64,000 bases of DNA from Bythopirellula sp. (GTDB lineage: Bacteria > Planctomycetota > Planctomycetia > Pirellulales > Lacipirellulaceae), in assembly GCA_965216565.1 (NCBI GenBank), contig OZ244170.1, positions 1,952,001 through 2,016,000 on the forward strand, read 5' to 3'. Position numbers and translations under genes: made by a program. The notes beneath the pieces are model-generated. The model was given only the letters and a program-made list of their open reading frames with translations, did not search any database and was not told where the DNA came from. Below, in pieces: positions 7,744 to 16,867 of this stretch (the first letter of the stretch is position 1; each line of letters starts with the position of its first letter).

Positions 7744-10692
7744 TCACTTAACAGAGGAACTGGCCGAATTTACGGCTAATTTCCAGTCTTCAATGACCGT
7801 TCCCGTTAAGTCGATATTGCTGCATATATAATGCAATCGCTGCGTTGCAGGCCCATTGGGTGCGGTTTCAAAGAGACTCTGCAAGAAATACGGCGGAATA
7901 GCTTGATAGTAGAGTGTGACTTGGACTTTTAGATTTGTCGAATCAAGTCCAGAAGGTAAACGGACTTTGTAAACAACTTCGTCGGAGCCACTGCCATCCT
8001 GATAGCGTGAGTCCTTCTTAGCGATAGGACCGGGATGCGTAGCGTGCAGAAATTCTCCACGCAGACCGGGTCCTGGTCCTTCAGGCTTCCAACCGCGCGG
8101 CAGCAATCGATTGTCTTTGATTATGTCTGACCCGTGAATGAAACTCGTCGTATAGAGATGCTTGGCACTGTGCAAGAGTGTCTCGTAGATTTGGACCTCT
8201 TCGGGCGAGTCAATTACCTCGTGGTGATTCTGACACGCTTGCTTTCGCGTCTCTGGATGTTCGTCAAAAAACTCTGAGGCTAGCGGTTCACCGTCGGGCC
8301 CGATCAATACACCCAACTCGTTCGTTTGGCCGGAGGACCAGACGATTCTCTCGGCAGAATCCTCAGAAGCTGATTGGTCGATGACAAGAAACTCCAAGAA
8401 CGCCCTTCTAAAACCGACTCCACTTGGAAAGCGGTGCCCTACTTTATTCTTAACCAGAACTTTAGCTGTAAGCTGTTGGCCTTCGACGGACGCTTCAACA
8501 CTCAAATCTGCTGTCTCATTTCGCGCCTGACGAACGAAGTCATCAATGGCGTGCGGTATGTCGGCTTGCGAGCCGGTCATAAAGTCATACTTTCTCACTC
8601 CCAAGATGTCGTCGAACTGATTGAACATCTCTAGCAGAAACACATTGAGCCCACGGAAGTTGTGCCTCGCGTACCCTTCCTTGCGAAGACGAACTTTCAA
8701 TTCTTCATGCTCTGCAAGGTTTTCCGCATCAGGGTAGGACTGATCTTGGATCACAGCTATTCGTGTGACCAAGTCATCGAAGTGGACGTCTAAATCATTA
8801 TTGTGATAATCCCGCGACATGTGGCAATTCTGACAAGTCTGTGCCTTGGGGTTGTCGGGGTTAAATTCGTTCTCGTACTCACTATTGAGCCATTCCAGGT
8901 AAGTCGCTTGTTCGATGTGGTGATGATACTGCTTGAAGAGCGGATTATTCTCCGAGGTAATGAGCTCGTCCGGCCGGTCGCCACGTTTCAAAGGTTTGTC
9001 GACGATCGGCAGATTGACGACATGACAGGTTCCACACATTTGCGAAGACTGAATGTAGTCGTTGTGTTTGGGCTTGAAACCCAGCGCGTGTTCCATGGAA
9101 TAGGGTGAGATCTCTTTGTCTTCGAAAGGGCCATGCATCTCGTTGACTTTGCCTAAGTGGACATTGCCAGTGATCGAAGTTTCCAGAAAGTACTCCAGGT
9201 AGGGCCGGTCGTCGCCCTCAGGTTGCTCGCGGGGTTGCATATGGTGGCAAATCGAGCAACTAATGCCATCGCGGGCCAGTGCCCCGTACTCCCAGTGATT
9301 CTTCCCCACGGCCTTCGGATCCGTGGACTCGCGCATCACATGCGCCAGTCCAAAGGGCTCGGCATCTGGGCCGTGATCGAGCCGATGCTGGTGTTTACCC
9401 ATCGCCCCATGACAAGTGAGGCAAGCGTCGACAAGCTGTTCGATATGCTCGTCGGCCTTTTGGGGATCGCTCGAAAAATCGCTCCGCATCAACGCAATCT
9501 CGCTCTCAAGCTGAGCAAAAAAGATCGGATCGCGTCCGGCAAGTCCCATCGGTGTCCAGCGCCATTCCCCATACGGAGAAAGATGAACGCCCGGCGCTCC
9601 GTAATGGGCTTGGCCCTCAGTAGGAAAAAACATGGTGGGGCCAAACGGTTCCAACAATCCCGCATGACAACTCATGCATTGATTCGACGAGACGAACGGT
9701 TGCTTGTCTTGCTCTGGTGCCGGTCGGCGGACCACCCAGTCGTGCGTAATAGGAGGAAAATGCAGTACCTGGTCGCGGGCTTTCGCATCGATCGTCGGGA
9801 ACTGACGAAGAAAGTTGTGATTGAGTTTAGGATTGCACAGCTCAGGGTGTGCTGATTCGCTGCAACGTGGGTGAGAGGAGACAGAGACTTGCTTGATTTC
9901 CGCAAGCAGATTCTCATTACTATCCTCAGCGCTAAGCGCCGGTTCCACCGGAACCTCTACATGCTCCTTGTGACGCCAAGAATCATCGACCCGAAAGAGT
10001 AATGGCTCACCAGGAAACCCTGCGATATTACGAAGCGAGGCAAACGTATATTCATTGGTTGCGCCATGAGTCTTAGTCGACGCGTGGCAGCGGACGCAAT
10101 AGATTCCAAATCCCGAAATCGGATGATCGAACGGATACTGATGGTTGTCGACTACTTGCTGATCTTTTCCCGGGTTGCTCCAGAACCATCCGTCATGCGA
10201 ACCCTTAGAATCTTTGACCATCACCGTCCAGCTTGCCAGACGCTCGAACAATTGATCGTCGTCAAAGTCATCGTAGCGTGCTGCAGGGGCTTCGAACTGT
10301 TCCTTGACTATCATCGCTCCATCGGGAATTGCTTCTTTCTTGCCGCTGGTAAGCCACTGGATGATCTCGGGCGAATAGTAGATTTTGACCGCCGGGTGCG
10401 TGCCGTACTCTTTGCCATTGATATACGGGCCGGTATCGCGAACCTTCTTATCCTTAAGCCAGCCTAGATGTCGATACTCTTGATGATTCAAAAAATCGAA
10501 CAGGTATCGATCGAATTCGGCGACGGGCAGAGTGCTCGGTGCCGGAAGCGGGCTTGGATGGCCAAAATCGGTCGGAGCATCGGCTATCTGTTCACTTGGA
10601 CAACTCGAAACGTGCCCTACGAGAAGAGCCGCAGCAGCGAACATGCAACACCATGCGCGACCTAGCATCCGTTGCCGTCGAAATCCATCCAT
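7744..10692 (-). CDS. Multiheme cytochrome c with N-terminal cytochrome P460-like domain
   Basis: Six CxxCH motifs (CVRCH, CMSCH, CLTCH, CSICH, CGTCH, CQNCH); P460-like GAMIVKE...VMVKD...GWFW; VGHRFPSG. Start placed at ATG 10692 (ORF track starts at 10752). Confidence 0.8.
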   Translation of the reverse strand: MDGFRRQRMLGRAWCCMFAAAALLVGHVSSCPSEQIADAPTDFGHPSPLPAPSTLPVAEFDRYLFDFLNHQEYRHLGWLKDKKVRDTGPYINGKEYGTHPAVKIYYSPEIIQWLTSGKKEAIPDGAMIVKEQFEAPAARYDDFDDDQLFERLASWTVMVKDSKGSHDGWFWSNPGKDQQVVDNHQYPFDHPISGFGIYCVRCHASTKTHGATNEYTFASLRNIAGFPGEPLLFRVDDSWRHKEHVEVPVEPALSAEDSNENLLAEIKQVSVSSHPRCSESAHPELCNPKLNHNFLRQFPTIDAKARDQVLHFPPITHDWVVRRPAPEQDKQPFVSSNQCMSCHAGLLEPFGPTMFFPTEGQAHYGAPGVHLSPYGEWRWTPMGLAGRDPIFFAQLESEIALMRSDFSSDPQKADEHIEQLVDACLTCHGAMGKHQHRLDHGPDAEPFGLAHVMRESTDPKAVGKNHWEYGALARDGISCSICHHMQPREQPEGDDRPYLEYFLETSITGNVHLGKVNEMHGPFEDKEISPYSMEHALGFKPKHNDYIQSSQMCGTCHVVNLPIVDKPLKRGDRPDELITSENNPLFKQYHHHIEQATYLEWLNSEYENEFNPDNPKAQTCQNCHMSRDYHNNDLDVHFDDLVTRIAVIQDQSYPDAENLAEHEELKVRLRKEGYARHNFRGLNVFLLEMFNQFDDILGVRKYDFMTGSQADIPHAIDDFVRQARNETADLSVEASVEGQQLTAKVLVKNKVGHRFPSGVGFRRAFLEFLVIDQSASEDSAERIVWSSGQTNELGVLIGPDGEPLASEFFDEHPETRKQACQNHHEVIDSPEEVQIYETLLHSAKHLYTTSFIHGSDIIKDNRLLPRGWKPEGPGPGLRGEFLHATHPGPIAKKDSRYQDGSGSDEVVYKVRLPSGLDSTNLKVQVTLYYQAIPPYFLQSLFETAPNGPATQRLHYICSNIDLTGTVIEDWKLAVNSASSSVK

Positions 10693-10865
10693 TGGTCCAC
10701 CCACTATCAATCGGAGATGCGCACCTAAGCAACAGCTTGTCCGGAGAGCCAACCGAGGCTGTCGGACACGCTCAACATTTTAGCAGCAACGCCAGAAATC
10801 GGTACACCCGATTCGTGTGAACGTTTTGAAAAGTGCAACAAAGTGCATCATCAGAGAGCAATGGA

Positions 10866-12206
10866 TTACTCGGTCTCTGACACTGCTGGAATGTCTTCTG
10901 GTTTAGCAGAATCGTGGAACAGCAGGGCAAAGGCCACCATGATAACACCGGCCATGGCCGCTGGGAGCATCCACAATTCTTTCCATTGGTCCATCACGGT
11001 CTGCAGAAGCGTGGGATCTATTCCCTCGGGCAGAGAAGCAGAAAACATTCTGCCCAGCGATTCCGCAAAAGACAAGGATTGTTCCTCAGAGTTCGCTGCG
11101 ATCGCGTCAGAGAGGGCATTGTAGTCGGGCACCGTGCTTTCGAAGCGTCCGAAGGCAACCATATACCCAAAGTACATACCCACGCCTTGCGTGAAAAACA
11201 CGAGCATGCTTTGGACCTGTCCCCGCACGTCTGCCGGGGCCTTGCTATCCGCATACATGAATCCGGTCACGAAGAAGAAGTCGTAGCACACGCCATGCAA
11301 TAGAACGGCCAGCAACATCATCCAGATCACCTGATCTTGAGCACCGTAGGCGAATAACACATATCGGAGTGCCCACGCGGCCATGCCGATGAGGATCATC
11401 CATTTCACTCCCAGGCGGCGGAAGAAAAACGGGATGAGCACCATAAAGAAGATCTCACTCATCTGGCCAAGAGTCATCGTCGAAGCTGGGGCTTCAAACC
11501 CAACCTGACCAAGCACATTGGACGTCAGCCCATAGTAGTAGGCCAGAGGAATGCAGATCAACGTCGAACAAACCATGAAGACCAAGAATGGAAAATCCGT
11601 CATCAACTTAAAACCGTCGACCATCAACAGAGTGCGAATATCGAGCGGCTTACCCTTCGCCGGTGGTGGAGTGTGCGGTAGAGAAAAGCAATACAGCCCC
11701 AAAACAATGGAGCCAATTCCTCCGAGCCAAAAAATTTGGAAGCTCGCAGACCAACCCAAAAATCCAACCACAAGTCCTGCCACGATCCAACCAATCGTTC
11801 CCCAAACTCGAATCTTAGGAAAATGACTTTGATCGGCGATGTTTGTGAAGGCAATCGTGTTGCTCAATCCAAGCGTCGGCATGTAACAGAGCATATGACC
11901 GAGCAATAGCCATACCAGCATGTTGCCATCCCCGGCAGCAGCGTAGCCAGGAGCCAGACACAGAATGACTCCGCCCAGCAGCATCAGCAGGCCCATAATC
12001 ACCTGCGAGGGAAAGAACCGATCGGCAACAAGCCCGAGGAATAGCGGCGCGATTATCGCAGCCAAGGGAGCCGTGCCGTAGGCATCCCCGCCGAAGTCCT
12101 TCAGCCCATTATCTGCCAGACATTTCCCTAACGTGGCAAACCATGCTCCCCAGACAAAAAACTGGAGAAACATCATTGTCGACAGTCTAAACGAGACACC
12201 ATTCAT
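10866..12206 (-). CDS. MFS permease, nucleoside:H+ symporter (NupG/YegT-like) family
   Basis: MMFLQFFVWGAW, ADRFF, IRVWGTIGWI, GQMSEIFF, LHGVCYDFFFV; about 12 TM. Confidence 0.88.
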   Translation of the reverse strand: MNGVSFRLSTMMFLQFFVWGAWFATLGKCLADNGLKDFGGDAYGTAPLAAIIAPLFLGLVADRFFPSQVIMGLLMLLGGVILCLAPGYAAAGDGNMLVWLLLGHMLCYMPTLGLSNTIAFTNIADQSHFPKIRVWGTIGWIVAGLVVGFLGWSASFQIFWLGGIGSIVLGLYCFSLPHTPPPAKGKPLDIRTLLMVDGFKLMTDFPFLVFMVCSTLICIPLAYYYGLTSNVLGQVGFEAPASTMTLGQMSEIFFMVLIPFFFRRLGVKWMILIGMAAWALRYVLFAYGAQDQVIWMMLLAVLLHGVCYDFFFVTGFMYADSKAPADVRGQVQSMLVFFTQGVGMYFGYMVAFGRFESTVPDYNALSDAIAANSEEQSLSFAESLGRMFSASLPEGIDPTLLQTVMDQWKELWMLPAAMAGVIMVAFALLFHDSAKPEDIPAVSETE

Positions 12207-12361
12207 TGCATTCTCTCGGGTGAGGTAGAAGTTATCTGAAGAGACAGCAATGGATAGTTTCCCTCCTTAACCCAATTGCTGCTGGTGCAATGATAAACAG
12301 CTAAATGCGAACCATCAACGCGGCAGAGCAGGGTAAGCTACAAATCTTTCAGATATTTCGG

Positions 12362-13405
12362 TCAAAGGCGAACTGACCGACGCCTCAGCAGACTCTCAGT
12401 TTGTTTTTGGCAGAGTTTAATGGCATCTTGGGCAAGTTGGCCATCTAGTATATCTGACGTGTTACCTGCTTTGACGCATTTCACAACTTCCTTAATCTCA
12501 GTTTCAAACGCTTCCATGGGATCGCCCCCGGAGAGTTTAGGCGTCTTGACCTTCCCGTTGGGCTCCAAGATCGTCGGCGGACAGAGGTAGGCTCCCTCGT
12601 CGCCGATCACTGCGAATTCGAAGAGCAGAGTGGCTTTCTCCAGATGAATCTCGAAGCCATGATTAAAGGCCCGTCCCTGTTGGCCAATCGTTCCGCTTTG
12701 TGCCGCTACACTGGGACCTTGAGGGCCGTAATCGAATTGCGTATGCCAATTCTCTGCCAACTCATTACGAGTACGTCCCGAACAACTCAATGCCTGGGGC
12801 ATACCGAATAGCAAACGAATGAAGTGAGCGTCGTGCACATGCAGATCGAGCATCGGACCGCCCACTTGATCGGCCTTCCAAAAATTGGGGAGCCAGGTCG
12901 GCTCTGCGATCACTCGCTTGAAAGTGCCACCAATCGGCTTTCCATAACGTCCGCCGTTGATGATTTTCAAAGCCCAAGCGTATTCCGGAAAAAAAGGCAA
13001 CACGTGCCCTACCATCAAGAGTCGATCGGCTGCAGCGGCTGCCTTGGCCATGCGAGTGCAGTCTTTGACAGTGAGCGCCATTGGCTTCTCGCAGAATACG
13101 TCTTTACCTGCCTTCAGCGCCTTGATCACAACTGGAGCATGAAGGGCAGGGGGCAGGGTAACGTCCACGACATCGATTTTGTCATCGGCCAGCAGCTCTT
13201 CGATCTCTGAGTATTTGGCCACGCCGCTGAGATCCATGCGTTTGCCAGCAGGGCCGAAGTTACCCTTGATACCCCGCCAGTCGCCCGCCAGCCGCTTCTT
13301 GTCTTGCTCGCAAATGGCTACAACTTTTGCGCCACGGATTTTTTGGTAGGAGAGATAATGCACCATCCCCATAAAACCAATACCAACAATGCCGACGCGT
13401 ACCAT
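12362..13405 (-). CDS. Gfo/Idh/MocA family oxidoreductase
   Basis: GIVGIGFMG Rossmann motif, CEKPMA, DLHVHD. Confidence 0.9.
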   Translation of the reverse strand: MVRVGIVGIGFMGMVHYLSYQKIRGAKVVAICEQDKKRLAGDWRGIKGNFGPAGKRMDLSGVAKYSEIEELLADDKIDVVDVTLPPALHAPVVIKALKAGKDVFCEKPMALTVKDCTRMAKAAAAADRLLMVGHVLPFFPEYAWALKIINGGRYGKPIGGTFKRVIAEPTWLPNFWKADQVGGPMLDLHVHDAHFIRLLFGMPQALSCSGRTRNELAENWHTQFDYGPQGPSVAAQSGTIGQQGRAFNHGFEIHLEKATLLFEFAVIGDEGAYLCPPTILEPNGKVKTPKLSGGDPMEAFETEIKEVVKCVKAGNTSDILDGQLAQDAIKLCQKQTESLLRRRSVRL

Positions 13406-13420
13406 GTTTAGTCCGTGAGA

Positions 13421-14269
13421 TTATGATTGCTGAAGCTGTTGAATCATCGTTCGCAAACGACTCGTAGCCGTGCTGATTTCTTCGATTTGTCTCTTTGGTT
13501 CCTGCGGTATTTCGCGCTCGATCGTCAGAGGACCTTGATAATCAATCTCCGAGAGTACCTGGAGAAATCGAGAAAAGTCGACATCGCCGTCTCCCACTGG
13601 CACCTCTTTGCCCCAAGTGATCCCAGGCTCGGAAGACCAAGTGGCATCTTTGCAATGTACACTCCGCACAAAACTGCCAACTGCCTGCAGTGCTTCGATC
13701 GGTTCGCCACAACCGTAGAGAATCATGTTGGCAGGATCGAAATTCACAAATAAGTTGTCGCGCTCCACGTCCTTCAAAAAACCTAGCAGAACGTCGGCCG
13801 GCTCCTGCCCAGTCTCCAAGTGGAGCGTATGCCCATCGTTCGAGCAATAGTCGCATACCTGACGGGTTACCTCGAGCACTTCGGCGTACTCTTCGCAGTC
13901 CCGATCATGGGGGACAAACCCAATATGGAGCCCAACAGGCACAACTCCCAGCAGCGTCCCAAAATCGACAATCTGCAATAGCTCCGCAACGCGTTCTTGG
14001 CGTGTCTCTCGTGGAACCAGTCCCACTGTTTGTTGAACCGTTGGTATATCCGCGTAACTCTCGCCCTCGAAGCCCGCGAACAGGCATGTGACCTCGATAT
14101 CCAATTCTTCAAATGTCTGCTTGAGATCGGCTGAGAGTTCAGCGGTTCTGCTACTTTGCTTGGGGGCGTGTAGATGAATGGTCGAGACATCCAGCTTCGG
14201 CAGAACTTCTACCTGCAAACCGAGGCCGGCATCTAAACTGGCGAATGCGCCGAGTTTCCAGTCGTGCAT
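13421..14269 (-). CDS. Sugar phosphate isomerase/epimerase (xylose isomerase-like TIM barrel)
   Basis: LETGQE, NFDPAN, VHCKD, G.GDVDF, LTIERE metal-binding motifs. Confidence 0.85.
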   Translation of the reverse strand: MHDWKLGAFASLDAGLGLQVEVLPKLDVSTIHLHAPKQSSRTAELSADLKQTFEELDIEVTCLFAGFEGESYADIPTVQQTVGLVPRETRQERVAELLQIVDFGTLLGVVPVGLHIGFVPHDRDCEEYAEVLEVTRQVCDYCSNDGHTLHLETGQEPADVLLGFLKDVERDNLFVNFDPANMILYGCGEPIEALQAVGSFVRSVHCKDATWSSEPGITWGKEVPVGDGDVDFSRFLQVLSEIDYQGPLTIEREIPQEPKRQIEEISTATSRLRTMIQQLQQS

Positions 14270-14473
14270 TTTTTGGCTCCAAATCTAGCGGTTTCTACTT
14301 GCCGCTCGCCAATTCCGCAACGGAGTCCAACCTCGGCGAAATGCACCCTCACTGCAGCGAGCAAGCCCAACTAGCCGCCGATCATATACGGACCGCGCAC
14401 GCTCGAACAGGAGGAGTATCGCCAGATTGGCGAGAGCAGCTCTAAGAAAGCAGCGTTTCCCTGTGGGCAGAGG

Positions 14474-16867
14474 CTACTGTAGCTTGAAACGGGCTGTCAA
14501 ATCGGCGCGACTATCGCCACCCACCCAAAGCTGAAACTTGCCCGGTTCGATCAAGAATTCCTCGTCTTCGTTGTAGAAGCCTAGCTGATCGGATTTCAGC
14601 ACAAACTCTACAACTTTGCTTTCGCCCGGCTTGAGAGGAACTCGCTCGAAATCTTTCAGCTCACGAACAGGACGGACCACACTACCAACTAAATCTCGAA
14701 CATAGAGCTGCACGACTTCTGTTCCGGCACGCTTTCCCTTATTGGTGACACGCACTTTGACGGTGATCTCTCCCTCTTTGTCGAGCTCACGCGAAGACAA
14801 ATCTAGGTCTTCATAGTTGAACTCCGTATAGGAGAGACCGAATCCGAAGGGGAACAAAGGAAAGGGATCCGAGTCGATATAGTGGGAAGAATAACGGACA
14901 TTTTCCGGCATGTTTTTTACCTTATCAAGCGACGGTGCTTGATAGTCATCAGGAGCGGGTCGGCCCGTCTTGGGATGATTGTAGTAGAGCGGCACCTGGC
15001 CAACTGTTTTCGGGAACGTCACCGGCAACTTACCCGAGGGCGATTCGACGCCGAGTAATAAATCGACAACGGCCGGGCCCATCATCGTGCCTGCTTGCCA
15101 TCCGTAAAGTACGGCATCGACCTGTTCAATTTGCTTGCCAATGGTAAGTGGTCGGCCTGCATTGATGATCATTACGGTCGGAACATCCAATTTCCCAACT
15201 GCCTCGACAAGCCGAGCCTGCGAGCCGGGCAATCCCAATTCCGTTCTGGAGTGAGCTTCACCACTGAAGGACTCTTCTTCTCCCACAAACAGCAGTGCGA
15301 TATCAGCTTCTTTGGCTGCAGCCACGGCTGCATCATACTGGGGATGATCTGGCAGATACTTGGATTGCAAACAAGGAACGTGAATGATCTCGCAATCCTT
15401 GCCGAACCTTCGTTTCAATGCCGAGAGCGGCGTAATGCTATCTTCGTCTTTGGCATCCATCACCCAAGTACCGAGTTGGTCGCGAGGTGCATCCGCAAAG
15501 GGGCCGATCACGGCGATTTTCTTCAGGGAGTCTTGATTCACGGGCAACGCGGAATCGTTTTTCAAAAGGACCATACTCTGACGACCAAGTTCTCTCGCCG
15601 TCTGTAGATATTCTTCGTCTAGCAATTCTCTCTGCTCAGGATCGGCATAAGGTTCTTCAAACAAATTGAGCCGGGCCTTCGTGTCCAAAATGCGGCCCAC
15701 CGCGTCGTCGATGAGCTTCATATCGACACGCCCAGATTCCAGGAGGTCGGACATATTCTTGGCGTAGCAAGTGCTGACCATTTCCATGTCGACTCCGGCT
15801 TGCATCGAAAGTTCAGCCGCTTCGCTCTTGTTTGCGACGCTTCCATGCTTGATCATTTCGATTACCGAACCCCAGTCGCTGACGACAAAGCCCGAGAATT
15901 GCCATTCGTCTTTCAGCACCTCTCGAAGCAAGCGTTTGTGACCAGAGGCTGGCACCCCGTTCACCGTATTGAAGGCAGTCATCAGCGTGCGTGCCTGCTC
16001 GTCGATACAAGCTTTGAACGGTGGCAGAAACACGTTGCGGAGTTCGTTCCGAGATACCAGTGCTCGGTTGTAGTCTCGGCCACCTTCGCTCAAGCCGTAA
16101 GCAACAAAGTGCTTCGGACACGCGGCGACGCCACGCAACACACCATTGGAGTCGGGAAGTTGAAAACCTCGCACCATGGCTGTGCCCACGGCAGCAGCCA
16201 GTACCGGATCTTCGCCGGGGCTTTCGGCAATACGCCCCCAGCGTGGGTCACGGGCAATATCCACCATCGGTGCAAACGTCCAATGGATGCCCACTTTTCT
16301 TGATTCGTAAGCAGAGAATTTGGCGGCTTCTTCGATCAGCTCTGGATTCCAGCTTGCTGCCTGACCCAGGGGGATTGGATAGATTGTTCGAAAACCGTGA
16401 ATCACGTCACGAGCGACAATCAAAGGAATACCAAGTCTAGACTGTTCGATAGCCACTCGCTGAGCATCTTGTACGATTTCGTCCTGGCCTGGATAGAAAA
16501 TCGAACTGACCTGGCCCGAGCGGATCTGACCTGCCAGATCATCAGACAAGCTCGCGCCGCCGGGGAAAGCCTGACACAGCTGGCCAATCTTCTCTTCCAG
16601 CGTCATTGCCGAGATGATCTCCTCGACGACCTCAGCAGGATCAGTCGGATCAGGTCGGAACCTAAGCCGGGGCAGATTCTCGGTCGGATCTTTTTCCAGA
16701 CGAGCATCCGAGCGGGGCAGGGTGGCAGTTTCTACGGGTCCTGTGACGGTCGGCCCCGTGACGGTTGTTTCAGCCGACACCAATGGCAATGTCACGCTCA
16801 AAGGGAGACAGACTGCCAGAACACCCAGCAAAGCCGCACAGCACATAAAATTTCGCAAAGCCTTCAC
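14474..16867 (-). CDS. GH3 beta-glucosidase (BglX-like), secreted
   Basis: MTLEEKIGQ, DVIHG, RDPRWGR, KHFVAYG, VVSDW nucleophile, C-terminal Fn3-like EVVQLY; GTG start overlaps the GH16 stop by 1 nt. Confidence 0.93.
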   Translation of the reverse strand: MKALRNFMCCAALLGVLAVCLPLSVTLPLVSAETTVTGPTVTGPVETATLPRSDARLEKDPTENLPRLRFRPDPTDPAEVVEEIISAMTLEEKIGQLCQAFPGGASLSDDLAGQIRSGQVSSIFYPGQDEIVQDAQRVAIEQSRLGIPLIVARDVIHGFRTIYPIPLGQAASWNPELIEEAAKFSAYESRKVGIHWTFAPMVDIARDPRWGRIAESPGEDPVLAAAVGTAMVRGFQLPDSNGVLRGVAACPKHFVAYGLSEGGRDYNRALVSRNELRNVFLPPFKACIDEQARTLMTAFNTVNGVPASGHKRLLREVLKDEWQFSGFVVSDWGSVIEMIKHGSVANKSEAAELSMQAGVDMEMVSTCYAKNMSDLLESGRVDMKLIDDAVGRILDTKARLNLFEEPYADPEQRELLDEEYLQTARELGRQSMVLLKNDSALPVNQDSLKKIAVIGPFADAPRDQLGTWVMDAKDEDSITPLSALKRRFGKDCEIIHVPCLQSKYLPDHPQYDAAVAAAKEADIALLFVGEEESFSGEAHSRTELGLPGSQARLVEAVGKLDVPTVMIINAGRPLTIGKQIEQVDAVLYGWQAGTMMGPAVVDLLLGVESPSGKLPVTFPKTVGQVPLYYNHPKTGRPAPDDYQAPSLDKVKNMPENVRYSSHYIDSDPFPLFPFGFGLSYTEFNYEDLDLSSRELDKEGEITVKVRVTNKGKRAGTEVVQLYVRDLVGSVVRPVRELKDFERVPLKPGESKVVEFVLKSDQLGFYNEDEEFLIEPGKFQLWVGGDSRADLTARFKLQ

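Noticed and set aside
9157..9855. Long antisense or alternate-frame ORFs (also 26592-27269, 39847-40500, 3127-3711)
   Set aside because: They lie within well-supported genes, carry no recognisable motifs and are expected in moderately GC-rich DNA.
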